Positions 10,177-20,888 of a DNA stretch of 64,000 bases are shown piece after piece (the first letter of the stretch is position 1; the number at the start of each line of letters is the position of its first letter). Source of the stretch: an uncultured Planctomycetota bacterium (GTDB lineage Bacteria; Planctomycetota; Planctomycetia; Isosphaerales; Isosphaeraceae); contig CAWGMQ010000006.1 in the NCBI GenBank assembly GCA_963823665.1, positions 992,001 through 1,056,000 on the forward strand. The letters are read 5' to 3'. The position numbers were made by a program, and so were the translations under genes. Under the pieces are notes generated by a model. The model was given only the letters and a program-made list of their open reading frames with translations, ran no database searches and was not told the origin of the DNA.

Positions 10177-11768
10177 GCGCGATCGTCCCGATTCGCCGCG
10201 CCCTGTTGAGTGTGTATGACAAGACCGGTTTGATCGACCTCGCCCGCGTTCTCGCTCGAGGTGGGGCAGAGCTGCTGGCCAGCGGCGGCACGCGGATGGC
10301 CTTGCTGGACGCCGGGATCCAGGTCACGGAAGTGGCTGACTTCACCGGGCAGCCCGAGATCCTGGGCGGCCGGGTCAAGACGCTCCATCCCAAGATCCAC
10401 GCCGGCATCCTGGCTCGCCGCGATTTGCCCGCTGACCTGGCCCAGCTCGAGGCGCAAGGTTTCCCAACCATCGATCTGGTGGTCGTGAACCTCTATCCGT
10501 TCGAGGCCACGATCGCCCGAGCCGGTGCGACCTTCGCCGAAGCCATCGAGAACATTGACGTCGGCGGGCCCACTCTCCTGCGTGCGGCCGCCAAGAACCA
10601 CCAGCACGTCGCCGTTCTCTCAAGCCCCAGAGAGTATCAATGTTTGATCGACTCGATTGAGCAGCACGCCGGCACGACACTCGAGACCCGCCGCCGGCTC
10701 GCCGCCGCCGCGTTCGAGTGCTCGAGCGAATACGACCGCGCGATCGCCGCATATATGAAACAGGCAGCGGGTGTACCGCCGGACGACGTGGCATTTCCCA
10801 GCACGCTCGCGCTTCGCTTTTCGTTACGCGGGCCGCTGCGTTACGGAGAAAATCCGCATCAGCAAGCCGCTTTTTACGTCGAGCCTGAAACGAAAGGCCC
10901 TGACCTTGCAACCGCGCGCCTGTTGCACGGCAAAGAGCTCTCATTCAACAACTTGCTCGACCTCGACAGCGCCTTGCGTCTGGTGCGCTCGTTCGCCAGC
11001 CCGGCGGCCTGCATTCTCAAACACAACAACCCCTGTGGCGCGGCCCTTGCTGAGGTTCCTTCCATCGCGTTCGAGTGGGCCTACGAAGGCGACCCGACAA
11101 GCGCCTTCGGGGGGATCGTCGCGCTGAACCGCCCCCTCGATCTGGCGTCGGCCCAGCGAATGTGCCAGCCCGGCCGATTCATCGAAGCCATTCTCTCGCC
11201 CGGTTTCGACCACGACGCGCTCGATTGGCTCACGACCAAGCCCACCTGGCGCAACAGCGTTCGCCTGCTCGACCTGGGGTCGCCCCTGGCCCCCGGTGGC
11301 GTCGGCCCCTCAGGCTTCGACCTCCGCCGCATCGAGGGGGGCCTGCTCGTCCAGACCTGGGACTCAGTCGAGCCCGACCCCTCCGCCGGCCAGGTCGCCA
11401 CCGCTCGCGCCCCCAGCGACCACGAGCGCACCGACCTCGATTTTGCCTGGCGGGTGTGCGCCTGCGTGAAATCCAACGCGATCGTCCTCGCGAAGGATCG
11501 TCAGTTGATCGGCGTCGGCGCCGGCCAGATGAGCCGGCTCGACTCGGTGCGCATCGCCGTCGAGAAAGCGGGCGACCGTGCACAAGGCTCGGTGCTCGCT
11601 TCGGACGCCTTCTTCCCGTTCCGCGACGGCCCGGACCTCGCGGCATCCCGCGGGGTCACCGCCATCATCCAGCCCGGTGGCTCTCGCCGCGACGACGAGA
11701 CCATCAAAGCCTGCAACGACCACGGTATGGCCATGCTCCTGACCGGCCGCCGCCATTTCCGGCACTGA
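10173..11768 (+). CDS. purH: Bifunctional AICAR transformylase / IMP cyclohydrolase
   Basis: 'RALLSVYDKTG', 'GGRVKTLHPKIH', 'LRYGENPHQ', 'KHNNPCG', 'GAGQMSR', 'SDAFFPF', 'RHFRH'. Confidence 0.98.
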   Translation: MSAIVPIRRALLSVYDKTGLIDLARVLARGGAELLASGGTRMALLDAGIQVTEVADFTGQPEILGGRVKTLHPKIHAGILARRDLPADLAQLEAQGFPTIDLVVVNLYPFEATIARAGATFAEAIENIDVGGPTLLRAAAKNHQHVAVLSSPREYQCLIDSIEQHAGTTLETRRRLAAAAFECSSEYDRAIAAYMKQAAGVPPDDVAFPSTLALRFSLRGPLRYGENPHQQAAFYVEPETKGPDLATARLLHGKELSFNNLLDLDSALRLVRSFASPAACILKHNNPCGAALAEVPSIAFEWAYEGDPTSAFGGIVALNRPLDLASAQRMCQPGRFIEAILSPGFDHDALDWLTTKPTWRNSVRLLDLGSPLAPGGVGPSGFDLRRIEGGLLVQTWDSVEPDPSAGQVATARAPSDHERTDLDFAWRVCACVKSNAIVLAKDRQLIGVGAGQMSRLDSVRIAVEKAGDRAQGSVLASDAFFPFRDGPDLAASRGVTAIIQPGGSRRDDETIKACNDHGMAMLLTGRRHFRH

Positions 11769-11854
11769 GACCCAAAGTCGCCTTTCGCTCCGCGAAAGTG
11801 CGTCTGCGTCAGCCCACGCTCCTGACCGGCCGCCGCCATTTCCGGCATTGAGAC
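11735..11854 (+). repeat. 37-bp direct duplication of the purH 3' end flanking a 46-bp spacer with a palindrome
   Basis: GCTCCTGACCGGCCGCCGCCATTTCCGGCA(C/T)TGAGAC at 11735-11771 and 11818-11854; spacer holds CTTTCGC-tcc-GCGAAAG. Confidence 0.9.
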
Positions 11855-11865
11855 TGCCCGGGCAA

Positions 11866-14113
11866 TCAGCGGTGTCCACCACCACCCCCATGCCCGCCGC
11901 CGCCGAACCCGCCCATTGAAGGCATTCCGCCGCCGCGGAACCCACCGCCGCTGAATCCCCCAAAACCGGATGTTCCGCCACGGAACCCATTGCTGAGCGA
12001 CGATCCGCCCAGACTCGACCCACGGTAGGCACCGGATCCACCTAGCGGCATCCCTCCCAGTCCGGGATGGGTGGCCATTCCTCCCATGGAGGGCCCGCCG
12101 ACGCCGCGGCTTCCCAGCGCCCCGCCGCCGGGCATCCCTCCTGCGCCCGCACGGCCCATACCCGCGTTGCCCATTCCGCCGCGCGCCATCGTGTTGGCGC
12201 CACCGAGTCCCTGCCCCACGCCGCCGCGAGAAAGAGCAGCCCCACCGCCCGGTTGACCCAACGTCCGTCCGGCGCTTCCCGCTCCCTGCGCTCCTCGGGC
12301 GTTCATTGCCGTGTTTGAGGCCGATGTCCCGGCTCGGTTCGTCGCATGCGAATTGGCCGCGTTATTCGCCGTTCGCCAGCCATTCGCACCCGATGAAAGC
12401 GTCGAGGCTCGGTGAACTTGCCCCGAGCCGGTTCCGGATCGGCCAGCGGTATGGCTCGCCGTGGTCGAGCCGCGATTGAACGGGTTTCCAAATGCATGCG
12501 AAGACGGCGGCGACCCTGCCCGGTTAGCGCCTCCCGCCGAACGATTGATGCTCCTCGTGCTGCTCACAGTCCGCGTGGTCGTCTTCCCATTTCGCGTCAC
12601 GCTCGTTGTTCGCGTGACCGTGCGGCTGATCGAGCGGTTGGCAAACGGCATGCGGCTCCCTCCAATTCCCCCGCGTCCCCAGCCGCCCCAGCCACGTCCC
12701 CACCATGCGCCTCCGCCCCAGCCGAACCCGCCGAACCCGCCGAACCCGAAACCGAAAAAGGGATACCCGAATCCGAACCCGAACCCGAGGAAGGGAAACC
12801 CGAACCCGCCGAACCCGCCGTATCCGCCGTATCCGCCGTATCCGCCGTAGCCGAATCCGTTGTAACCGCCAAAGCCGATTCCCAGGCCCAGCCCACCGAA
12901 GCCCACGCCCCCCGACAGTCCTCCGCCGTAAGCGTAAGTCGGATAACCGTACGAATTGAACGGCGAATAGAACCCGCCGCCAAATCCGCCATAGCCGCCA
13001 AATCCGCCGTAGCCGCCGAACCCACCCCCGAGCAAGCCGCCGTAATACCCCATGTATGGAGACCCGTACCCGCCGTACCCGCCCCCGTATCCTCCGTAGC
13101 CACCGTACTGAACTGGCTGCGCGTAGTACGGGTAGCCCGCCCCGCCGTAGTACGGATAGTCAAGGTAGCCGTAATAACCGTTCAAATAACCATAGGAGCC
13201 GTAGCCGTAGTACCGCCCGGTGTCGTCATAGGCGACGCCGGGATAGCCGTCGTAGTTCGAGTTCGGCCGTCCGAACGCACCATTCAACTGGCCGTACATC
13301 TCCGGCGAGACCTGGGTGTAAGGCTGATAAACCAGATCGCCTGCCCCTCTCGCGGTTGGCTCCACTGCCGCCGGTGTAAAGAGCGTCCCGCGATCTTCGA
13401 GCGTCCGGTCCCAGTAGCCTTCCTGGAACACCCATCCGTCCGGCTGCCGAACCCATTGTGCCGGCACCCACGACCACCCCGGCTGTACCTTGGCCCAGAA
13501 ACCCTTCTTCCACACGACGCCGTCGCCATCAGGGTAGTACTGCCCCGGGATATAGAAGCAATCCGCCGTTGGAGGCTCGCCCGGCTCGTCGTCGGGCCGG
13601 TCCTCCGGCGGTCCGTTCTTGCGGTAGTCGATCCGGTCCGTCTTCCGTTCGCTCCAGAATCCCGATACCCGATACCAGCCCCGATCGTCTCGCTTCCAGT
13701 ATCCGTTGACCCAGAACCGCCCCGGCGGGGCGACTCGCCACGTTCCGGTCACCCACAGAAAGTCTTTCCGGCCGGCATCCCACTCCCAGTAGCCCTCGAT
13801 CCATTCCGCATTCCCGGTGGGCGGGTCGATACCCGGGCCGCTCCGAAAGCGGCGCAGGCGGCGCCTTTTCGATCCGAACCGGGTTCTGGTCCTTGCGTGG
13901 CGAGAGAAATGCCTCATGCAGCGGGCCTTCCATGAGCGGCTTCACCCGCTCGTCGCCTCTCGGTCTGCTGGGCGTTTGTGCGCCCTCGAGCAATGGCGGC
14001 GGCAGATTGTCGGCGCGGTCCGACGGCGCCGGCTCCTGCGCGGTCGCGGCGGCCGCAACCAGGCTCCCCAGCACGCTCACAAGCCCAAAGCCGAGAATGT
14101 AAGTGCGGCTCAT
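11866..14113 (-). CDS. Secreted YXWGXW-repeat protein with a long Gly/Tyr/Phe-rich tail (frameshift near 13833)
   Basis: Signal peptide 'MSRTYILGFG...AAAATAQE'; 'GPLHEAF'; repeats WIEGYW, WVTGTW, WVNGYW, WKKGFW, FQEGYW; removing one G joins the two ORFs. Confidence 0.8.
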
Positions 14114-14326
14114 CGAAGGCACTCCGACCGAACGTCTCCGGACCGAGAACCACGCCCTTCCGGAATCAGTACGCTCGGCTCGATTCAAAGGAACGAGAAG
14201 ATCGCGGAATCATGGACCGGCTCAATCCCTGGAATCGCCACGACCGCTCCACGTCGATCTTCCGGCTCGTCATTGTATCAAGTCGTCGGCCGTCCTGTCC
14301 CATGTTCTTCGGGGAAAACGGTCGTT

Positions 14327-15457
14327 CTATGGGATCGTGGCCCCGGCGCCGCTGAAAGATGTGTACTGCGCGATCCGCCCGGCAATGTCGGAAAAGCCGA
14401 GTGCCTGCGGGAAGCTCGTGTGACTGAAGCCCACCCTCGAGTGAAGATCGATTTGCTCCACGCGCGCCCCCAGTGGGCCAAGCGCTGCCATGTCGTGTTT
14501 CGTGAGCCCCACCATGCCGATCGCCGGGCGGAAACCGGTGAATCGCCCCAGGATGAAGAACATGAGGGCAGCATCGCCGGTGTTGTAGATGTTGAAAAGT
14601 GCTTCGCATGAGGGAAGCGATTGATCAAGCCGCTCCCCGGGGTTGAGCCAGTGATGCCCAGCCGCGGCGTCCAGAATCACGCACCGAAATCGAAGATCGG
14701 GCCGTCCCGCGCTCAACTGCGCCGACGGTTCCCCGAAGATCGACGGCAGGACAGCTCCCGAAAGAAGGTGCATCGTGGTGAGTGCGAGGCGGCCGCCGTC
14801 GCTCTGGCCGAGAAGGCAGACACGTGAGCCCGCCGGTGACTCTTGCAAGAATCTCGCAAGGTGGAACGCCGCGATCCGCGTTCTCCTCGATTTCTCGTTC
14901 AAGTCCGCGTAAAGACCGCGCAGCTCGCGCTCGCTCGGCCAGTCGAAGATGATGAACACCGTCTCCGGTAGCAATCCGCCGGCGGCCTCGAGTTGTTCGC
15001 GAACCTTGACCGCCTCTTGAACCGCGGCTCGATAGCTGTAACCGTAACCGTGAATGAGAAGGACGGATGTGCGGCCGGCCATTCGATCCAAGAGCGCCTC
15101 GGCCGGAGCGCCGTGAAGCGGCAGGCCGAGCCCGTCGAATCGTGCGACCGTGATGCTCGACCAGGGGTCCGTTCCCATCTTCTGCTCGCAAGCCCGCGTG
15201 TGAACAACCCAGGTCTCGACAAGCGAAGTTGCCTCGGCCGGATCCGAAACCGCGTGTGTTGCCCCCGGCGCGGTGATTGCCGTGTGGAAATCCGCCGGCC
15301 CCGATTCTGGCGAGTTTGCCGTCAAAACGGGCGCAGACAACCCGGGCGTGGTGGTGCGAGCCTCCGGCCCGGTGCATCCGGCCGCGCTCGCCAGAAGCAC
15401 CACCCAGATCCATACAACCGTGCGCGCCAGCCAGCTACGGTGCCGCCTCATGCGCAT
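14327..15457 (-). CDS. Alpha/beta-hydrolase-fold lipoprotein (DUF900-like)
   Basis: Lipobox-like 'LASAAGC'; 'LLIHGY', 'FDWPS', nucleophile elbow 'GQSDGG'; start codon uncertain. Confidence 0.7.
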   Translation of the reverse strand: MRMRRHRSWLARTVVWIWVVLLASAAGCTGPEARTTTPGLSAPVLTANSPESGPADFHTAITAPGATHAVSDPAEATSLVETWVVHTRACEQKMGTDPWSSITVARFDGLGLPLHGAPAEALLDRMAGRTSVLLIHGYGYSYRAAVQEAVKVREQLEAAGGLLPETVFIIFDWPSERELRGLYADLNEKSRRTRIAAFHLARFLQESPAGSRVCLLGQSDGGRLALTTMHLLSGAVLPSIFGEPSAQLSAGRPDLRFRCVILDAAAGHHWLNPGERLDQSLPSCEALFNIYNTGDAALMFFILGRFTGFRPAIGMVGLTKHDMAALGPLGARVEQIDLHSRVGFSHTSFPQALGFSDIAGRIAQYTSFSGAGATIP

Positions 15458-15763
15458 CAGACCGACCCACCTCAATTCCGTACCGTCGTTAGGGTGGAGT
15501 TCATGCCGGAACTATACTCCACTTTCAACGGCCGTCGATCGCTCCCTCCAATCTGGCTGATGGAGTTCTGCCCATTCCCGGTATTCCCGCATGGACGATC
15601 CGAGCAGACCGTCGCGCCCGCGTTTGCAGCTTGCCAGTAGGCCAGGCTCGTGCGTCAATGGGGCGAGTCACCGCAAACGGTTGAGTCGCCATGCAAATTC
15701 TCTGTGAGGTTTTCTTCCCTGCGTTGTGTTGATTGAAGAGATTTCCGTGAAAAAGGGGATGGA

Positions 15764-16373
15764 ATGGACGAGGTGCCGGACACTCGACCGAGCCTGCTGG
15801 TCCGCCTCTGTGATCCCAAGGACGAGCGTGCCTGGACCGAGTTCACGGCCATTTACTCTCCGCTGATTTACCGATTAGCGCGCCGGAAGGGGTTCCAGCA
15901 CGCCGACTCCGAGGATCTAGTCCAGGAGGTCCTGCGCGGTCGCTTCGTCCGTCGACCGCTGGGAACCCGATCCGTGTAAACGGCCTTTTCGAAACTGGCT
16001 GTTCCGGATCGCGCGGAACATGATGCTGAACCTGGTCGCGAGCCAGCACCGACATCCGCGGGGTACGGGCTCGGAGGAAATTCAGTGGCTACTCGAGACC
16101 CAGCCTTCTCCGTCACCTGCGGACTCCGCGTTATTCGAGACCGAATACAAGCGTCAACTCTTCCTTTGGGCCGCCGAACGCGCCCGCGGCGAGTTTCGGC
16201 CGATCACCTGGGCGGCCTTCTGGGACACCGGGGTCGAGGGCAAGAAGGCACAGGTCGTCGCTGATGCTCTCGGCATAAGCGTCGGCGCCGTCTATATGGC
16301 CAAGAGTCGGGTCGTGGCCCGGATCAGGCAGGTCATCGAACAGGTCGACGGCGAGTGGGCCGGACTGGAATAG
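15764..16373 (+). CDS. ECF sigma factor (2-bp frameshift near 15938)
   Basis: 'TRPSLLVRL.D..D..AW.EF..IYSPLI', 'DSEDLVQEV', 'FRNWLFRIARN', 'VADALGISVGAVYMAKSRV'; the remnant copy at 24651 shows the intact frame LRAVASAVDRW. Confidence 0.9.
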
Positions 16374-16389
16374 CAATAGGGAGCACGCC

Positions 16390-18800
16390 ATGGTGGATCG
16401 TGCCTGTGAGTGCGAAACAGACCGGCTGAGGCGGCACGTGGAGGGCCGGCTCGGGGAGAATGAGCAGGAACTGCTGGCCGCCCATCTCGATCGTTGTGAG
16501 GAGTGCCGCGGTTCGCTCGAGGCGCTGGCCGGCGACGTCGGCTTATGGCGTGACCTGCGTTATTTCCTGGTCGGTGAGTCGGATCTCTCACCGCCCCACG
16601 TCCGTCCGTCCGGCCACGCCCCTGACGAGGGGCGGGGACGGCCCGCGCCCGATGAATGGGATGGGTGGCGGCCAGTCCTCGCTTTCCTCGATCCCCCGTC
16701 GGACCCTCAGTACATGGGTTCCTTGGGTCCGTATCAGATCCTCGAGGTCATCGGCCGAGGGGGGATGGGCGTGGTCTTGAAGGGCTCGGATTCGGTGCTG
16801 GCCCGCGTTGTCGCGATCAAGGTCCTCGCCCCCGAGCTGTCATTCCTCGGCTCGGCCCGGCTGCGTTTCGCCCGCGAGGCCAGGGCGGCGGCGTCGGTGG
16901 CCCACGAGCATGTGGTCGCGATTCACGCGGTCGACTCCTGGAAGGGCCTCCCCTATCTCGTGATGCAGTACGTCCCAGGCAAGTCGCTTCAGGGTCGGAT
17001 CGAGCGCGACGGCCCGCTCGCCGTCCGCGAGGTGCTCCGAATTGGCATGCAAGTGGCTTCGGGCCTGGCGGCTGCCCACGCACAGGGGCTCGTGCACCGT
17101 GACATCAAGCCGGCGAATATCCTCCTCGAGAACGGCATCGAGCGAATCAAGATCACTGACTTCGGTCTCGCCCGCGCGGCCGACGACGCGAGCATCAGCC
17201 AGAGCGGCGTGGCCGCCGGGACGCCGCACTACATGGCGCCTGAACAGGCCCGGTGCGAGCCCATCGACCCCCGCGTCGACCTCTTCGGCTTGGGTGGGTT
17301 GATGTACGCTATGTGCACCGGGCACCCGCCGTTCCGGGCCGAGACCGCGATGGCGGTCCTCCGTCGCGTCTGCGAAGACACCCCGAAGTCGATCCGGGCA
17401 GACCACCCTGACGTTCCGGCCTGGCTCGAGGCGATCATCGCCAGGCTGCTTGCCAAGGACCCGGGGCGCGGTTCCAGACGGCCGCGGAGGTCGCGGATCT
17501 TCTCGGTCAGTGCCTGATCTACCTCGAGCGGCCAACCGCCGCGCCGCCATTCCCGTACGAAGAGGATCACAGGCGTTTTCCCGCCCTTCGAAGCCGGCGG
17601 CGCGCCGCGGCGGTGATGTTTCTGGCGCTCGTCGCAGGGCTCGGGGCGACCGAGGCCGGCGGACTCACTGGCTTCTCCGGGTTGCTGGCGAGGGCTCTTC
17701 GCGGCAAAGTTGCCGTGCGCCAGCCCCCCGCGATCGGCTCAATCCTTGAAGCGCTCGGTCCGGTTCCGGTGACCTGCCGCGATCCAGTCACGCCCTGGCC
17801 GTTCTGGGCCGTCGGCTCCGCGTCTTATTCTCCCGACGGAACAGAGCTGGCAGTCGGCAGCGCCGACGGCTTCGTCACGCTCTGTTCCTCTCGCTCGCGC
17901 CGGCTCCGCGCGATCCTGCCGCACCCGGACCGGGTCATGTCGCTGGCGTATTCACCCGACGGGAAGATCCTCGCCGCCGCGGGGGGCGACTGGGAGATGG
18001 GCACGAGGAAGGGATTCGTCAGGCTCTGGAACGTGGCCAGCGCTCGGGAACTGGCCACCGTTGCGCCGGGGTGCGACATCGAATTCGCCGTGGCATTCTC
18101 CCCTGACGGCAAGACCCTGGCTTGGTGCGGCCGAGATCGCATCATCACGCTCTGGGACGTCGACCAGAATCGCACACGAGCGATCTGCGTCGGCCACGAG
18201 GGGACGGTTCGCGCACTGGCATTCCACCCCAGCGGCGACCGGATGGTCTCCGCCGGGTTCGATGGTACCCTCCGTTTCTGGAACACGGCCACCGGCGCGG
18301 AGGATGGGAAACCCATCCAGCTCGGCGGCAGGTCGTCGAACTGCGTCGCCGTGTCGCCGGACGGCACTGCCCTCGCCTCAAGCACCGGTGGTCCAAGGTC
18401 CGACGACCCGGGTTGGGGTGGTCCCGCGCCGGGTCCGCTCCAGGTCTGGGACTGGAAGACCCGGCAGGAACGGTTCGCCCTCAAGGGGCACCGCTACCGC
18501 ATCCTGGGAGTGTCGTTTTCTCCCGATGGGAAAACCCTCGCCTCAGCGGGAGGCCACTTTTCTGTCGGCGCCGAGGTCAAGCTGTGGGATGTCGCCTCGG
18601 GCCGCGAGCAACACAGCCTCTCGGGGCATCAGTGGTGGGTGGAGTGCGTGGCGTTCTCGCCCGACTCTCGCTTTTTGTTGAGCGCCGGAGGCTTTGAAAA
18701 GAACCCCGGAGAGGTTCGCGTCTGGGACCTGACCTCGCAAGGAAGTAGTACCGAACAAGCCGCCTCGGCCTGGACCCCATTGTCACGGCAATCGCGATAG
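16390..18800 (+). CDS. Ser/Thr protein kinase with N-terminal zinc anti-sigma motif, TM segment and WD40 repeats (frameshift near 17465)
   Basis: 'HLDRCEECR'; GRGGMGVV, HRDIKPAN, DFGLA, YMAPE; adding one G gives 'RFQTAAEVADLLGQCL' in frame with the WD40 ORF (AFSPDG..., LWDV). Confidence 0.9.
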
Positions 18801-18853
18801 ATAAAAGGAGGAGCTCGCTTCGGAGTTCGCCCTACCTCACCGAAAGGGGAATC

Positions 18854-20707
18854 ATGAGCAGAGTGTTTTTCGTCATGATCGGCGTCGTGGCCCTCGTACC
18901 GGGGGTTGACGTATCGGCCGACGAGATCGACGTCGACTTCACCAAACAGAGTTACGACCGCTTTCTGTTCCGCCCGGAGGCCGGGCTCGACGGCGGGCAC
19001 TGGCGTACCAGTGGCAACGGCCTTCACGCCTCCGTGCCGCGCGGGCAGCCGTCACGCGGACCGCTGCGATTCCGGGCTCTCCTGCATCTCGAAGGCGACT
19101 TCGAGATCGTCGCCGGCTTCGAGATCGACCGGCTCCCCCGGCCTGCCGAACCTCCGGCGAAGGGAGAAGTCAAGGACCCGACCAACAACATCGAGATCTT
19201 CCTCTATGCCCCGGACGTGATGGTCACGGTCTTTCGGGACAATCGTCCTTCCGGTGAAGGATGGGGTTTCTATGCGCACTCGCCCGAAGGGGGCTCGACA
19301 ATCCGTCACTTTCCCGCCACGGGGAAGTCCGGCCGGCTTGGCGTACGCCGCTCGGGAGATCAGCTCACGTTCCTCCATTCCGAGGCGGATGGAACGCTCG
19401 TCGAGATGGGAACCGTCAAGTTCAGCACCGGGCCGATCGCCGAGCTCGGGCTCCAGGCGCTGGCGCTGCGCAGCCCCGACGCGATCGATGCCCGTTTCGA
19501 GCGGCTGTCGATCAAGGCGGACAAGATCGTCAGGCTCGAGCAGCCGCCGTCGTCAGGCTGGGGCGGAGGAACCTGGTTGACGCTGGCCGCGGTCGCCATC
19601 CTATTCATCGGCGCCGCGGTGGCATGGCGCCTATGGTCCGGCCGCGATGCGCGAGCGAAGCCGAGGCCTGGCGTCAAGACCGCGGTTGCCTCCGCGGCAA
19701 AAACGGCGGCGAAGCGGGCCGCCGCGAAGCCGAGTCGCGGGTTCACGCTCATCGAGCTTCTGGTTGTCATCACGGTGATCGGTATTCTCATCGCCCTTCT
19801 GCTGCCGGCCGTCCAGGCCGCGCGCGAGGCGGCGCGGCGAGCGCAGTGCACGAACAACCTCAAGCAGATCGGTCTGGCCCTGTCCAGTTACCAGTCGGCC
19901 TTACGCGTCTACCCCTTCGGGGTTGGCGGCGGCGGTCCACCCTCGAGCGGCTTCAACCGCTGGTCGGCCCAGTCGCAGCTTCTCCCCTATCTCGAGCAGA
20001 CCGCCCTGTTCAATGCCCTCAATTTCGCGGGAACCCCGTGGTTGAATCTCAACCCCGAATTCGGGCCGATGAATCAGACGGCCATCACGACCACAATCGC
20101 GGGCTTCCTTTGCCCTACCGACGTCGACCGGATTGACGACCCACTCAACACTGCGCACAACAACTACCGGGCCTGCGCCGGTTCGCTCCCATACAATTTG
20201 AAAAATGACTCACCGGACCTCACCGGTCGTAACAACGGAGGTTTCTGGTACCAGAGTGCGGTGTCGCCGGGCCAGGTCACTGACGGTCTGAGCATGACGG
20301 CGTTTTGGAGCGAGCGTTGCCTCGGAAGCACGACGGCACCGGACCCGCTTTCGGACTATTATATGACGAACGATACAGTGGCCGCGTGCCGGTTGGCCGG
20401 GCCGGCAGACTCGCCCCGGCTGACCGATGCATACGAGTGGTCGGGCGAACGCTGGGCCGACGGGAACTCGCTTTATACTCGTTATAACCACGCCCTCCCT
20501 CCTGGATATCCGAGCTGCCTGCTTGGAGGATCGCAGGACTACGACAGCCAGACGGTGGTGACGGCGACGAGCCGCCACCCCGGCGGCGTGAACCTGATGA
20601 CCGGCGACGGCTCGGTCCGATTCGTGAAGGCGTCGGTGAGCGCAAGCGTCTGGACGGCCCTGGGAACGATCGCGGGAGGAGAAGTGGTCGACGCGAGTGC
20701 GTACTGA
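18854..20707 (+). CDS. DUF1559 prepilin-type protein fused behind an exported N-terminal domain (DUF1583-like) and a TM helix
   Basis: Signal peptide; 'LEGDFEIVAGFEI..L..P' domain; TM 'WLTLAAVAILFIGAAVAW'; internal 'G|FTLIELLVVITVIGILIALLLPAVQAAREAARRAQCTNNLKQIGLA'; C-terminal 'SRHPGGVNLMTGDGSVRFV'. Confidence 0.9.
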   Translation: MSRVFFVMIGVVALVPGVDVSADEIDVDFTKQSYDRFLFRPEAGLDGGHWRTSGNGLHASVPRGQPSRGPLRFRALLHLEGDFEIVAGFEIDRLPRPAEPPAKGEVKDPTNNIEIFLYAPDVMVTVFRDNRPSGEGWGFYAHSPEGGSTIRHFPATGKSGRLGVRRSGDQLTFLHSEADGTLVEMGTVKFSTGPIAELGLQALALRSPDAIDARFERLSIKADKIVRLEQPPSSGWGGGTWLTLAAVAILFIGAAVAWRLWSGRDARAKPRPGVKTAVASAAKTAAKRAAAKPSRGFTLIELLVVITVIGILIALLLPAVQAAREAARRAQCTNNLKQIGLALSSYQSALRVYPFGVGGGGPPSSGFNRWSAQSQLLPYLEQTALFNALNFAGTPWLNLNPEFGPMNQTAITTTIAGFLCPTDVDRIDDPLNTAHNNYRACAGSLPYNLKNDSPDLTGRNNGGFWYQSAVSPGQVTDGLSMTAFWSERCLGSTTAPDPLSDYYMTNDTVAACRLAGPADSPRLTDAYEWSGERWADGNSLYTRYNHALPPGYPSCLLGGSQDYDSQTVVTATSRHPGGVNLMTGDGSVRFVKASVSASVWTALGTIAGGEVVDASAY

Positions 20708-20888
20708 AGACGGCTGCCCAAACGGAGCGGCTTCAAGCACGTAGCTGTGCGGAAACCGAACAGCATCAATCAATAAACCTTACTGATGCAATTCCGTCGT
20801 GTAACGCGCCGGCGTTAAACATGTGGAGGCTTCTCGTCGGTCGTTCCACGCCGTGAGGTTTTTTTTTGAGCAAGAAGGGATGGTCACG

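Noticed and set aside
11735..11854. Mini CRISPR array (37-bp repeat, 46-bp spacer)
   Set aside because: Only two copies, the repeat is purH coding sequence, and no cas genes or leader are present.
20800..20830. TGTAAC upstream of the protease gene as a third ECF2 promoter
   Set aside because: No CGCAGGA-like box at the 14-15 bp spacing.
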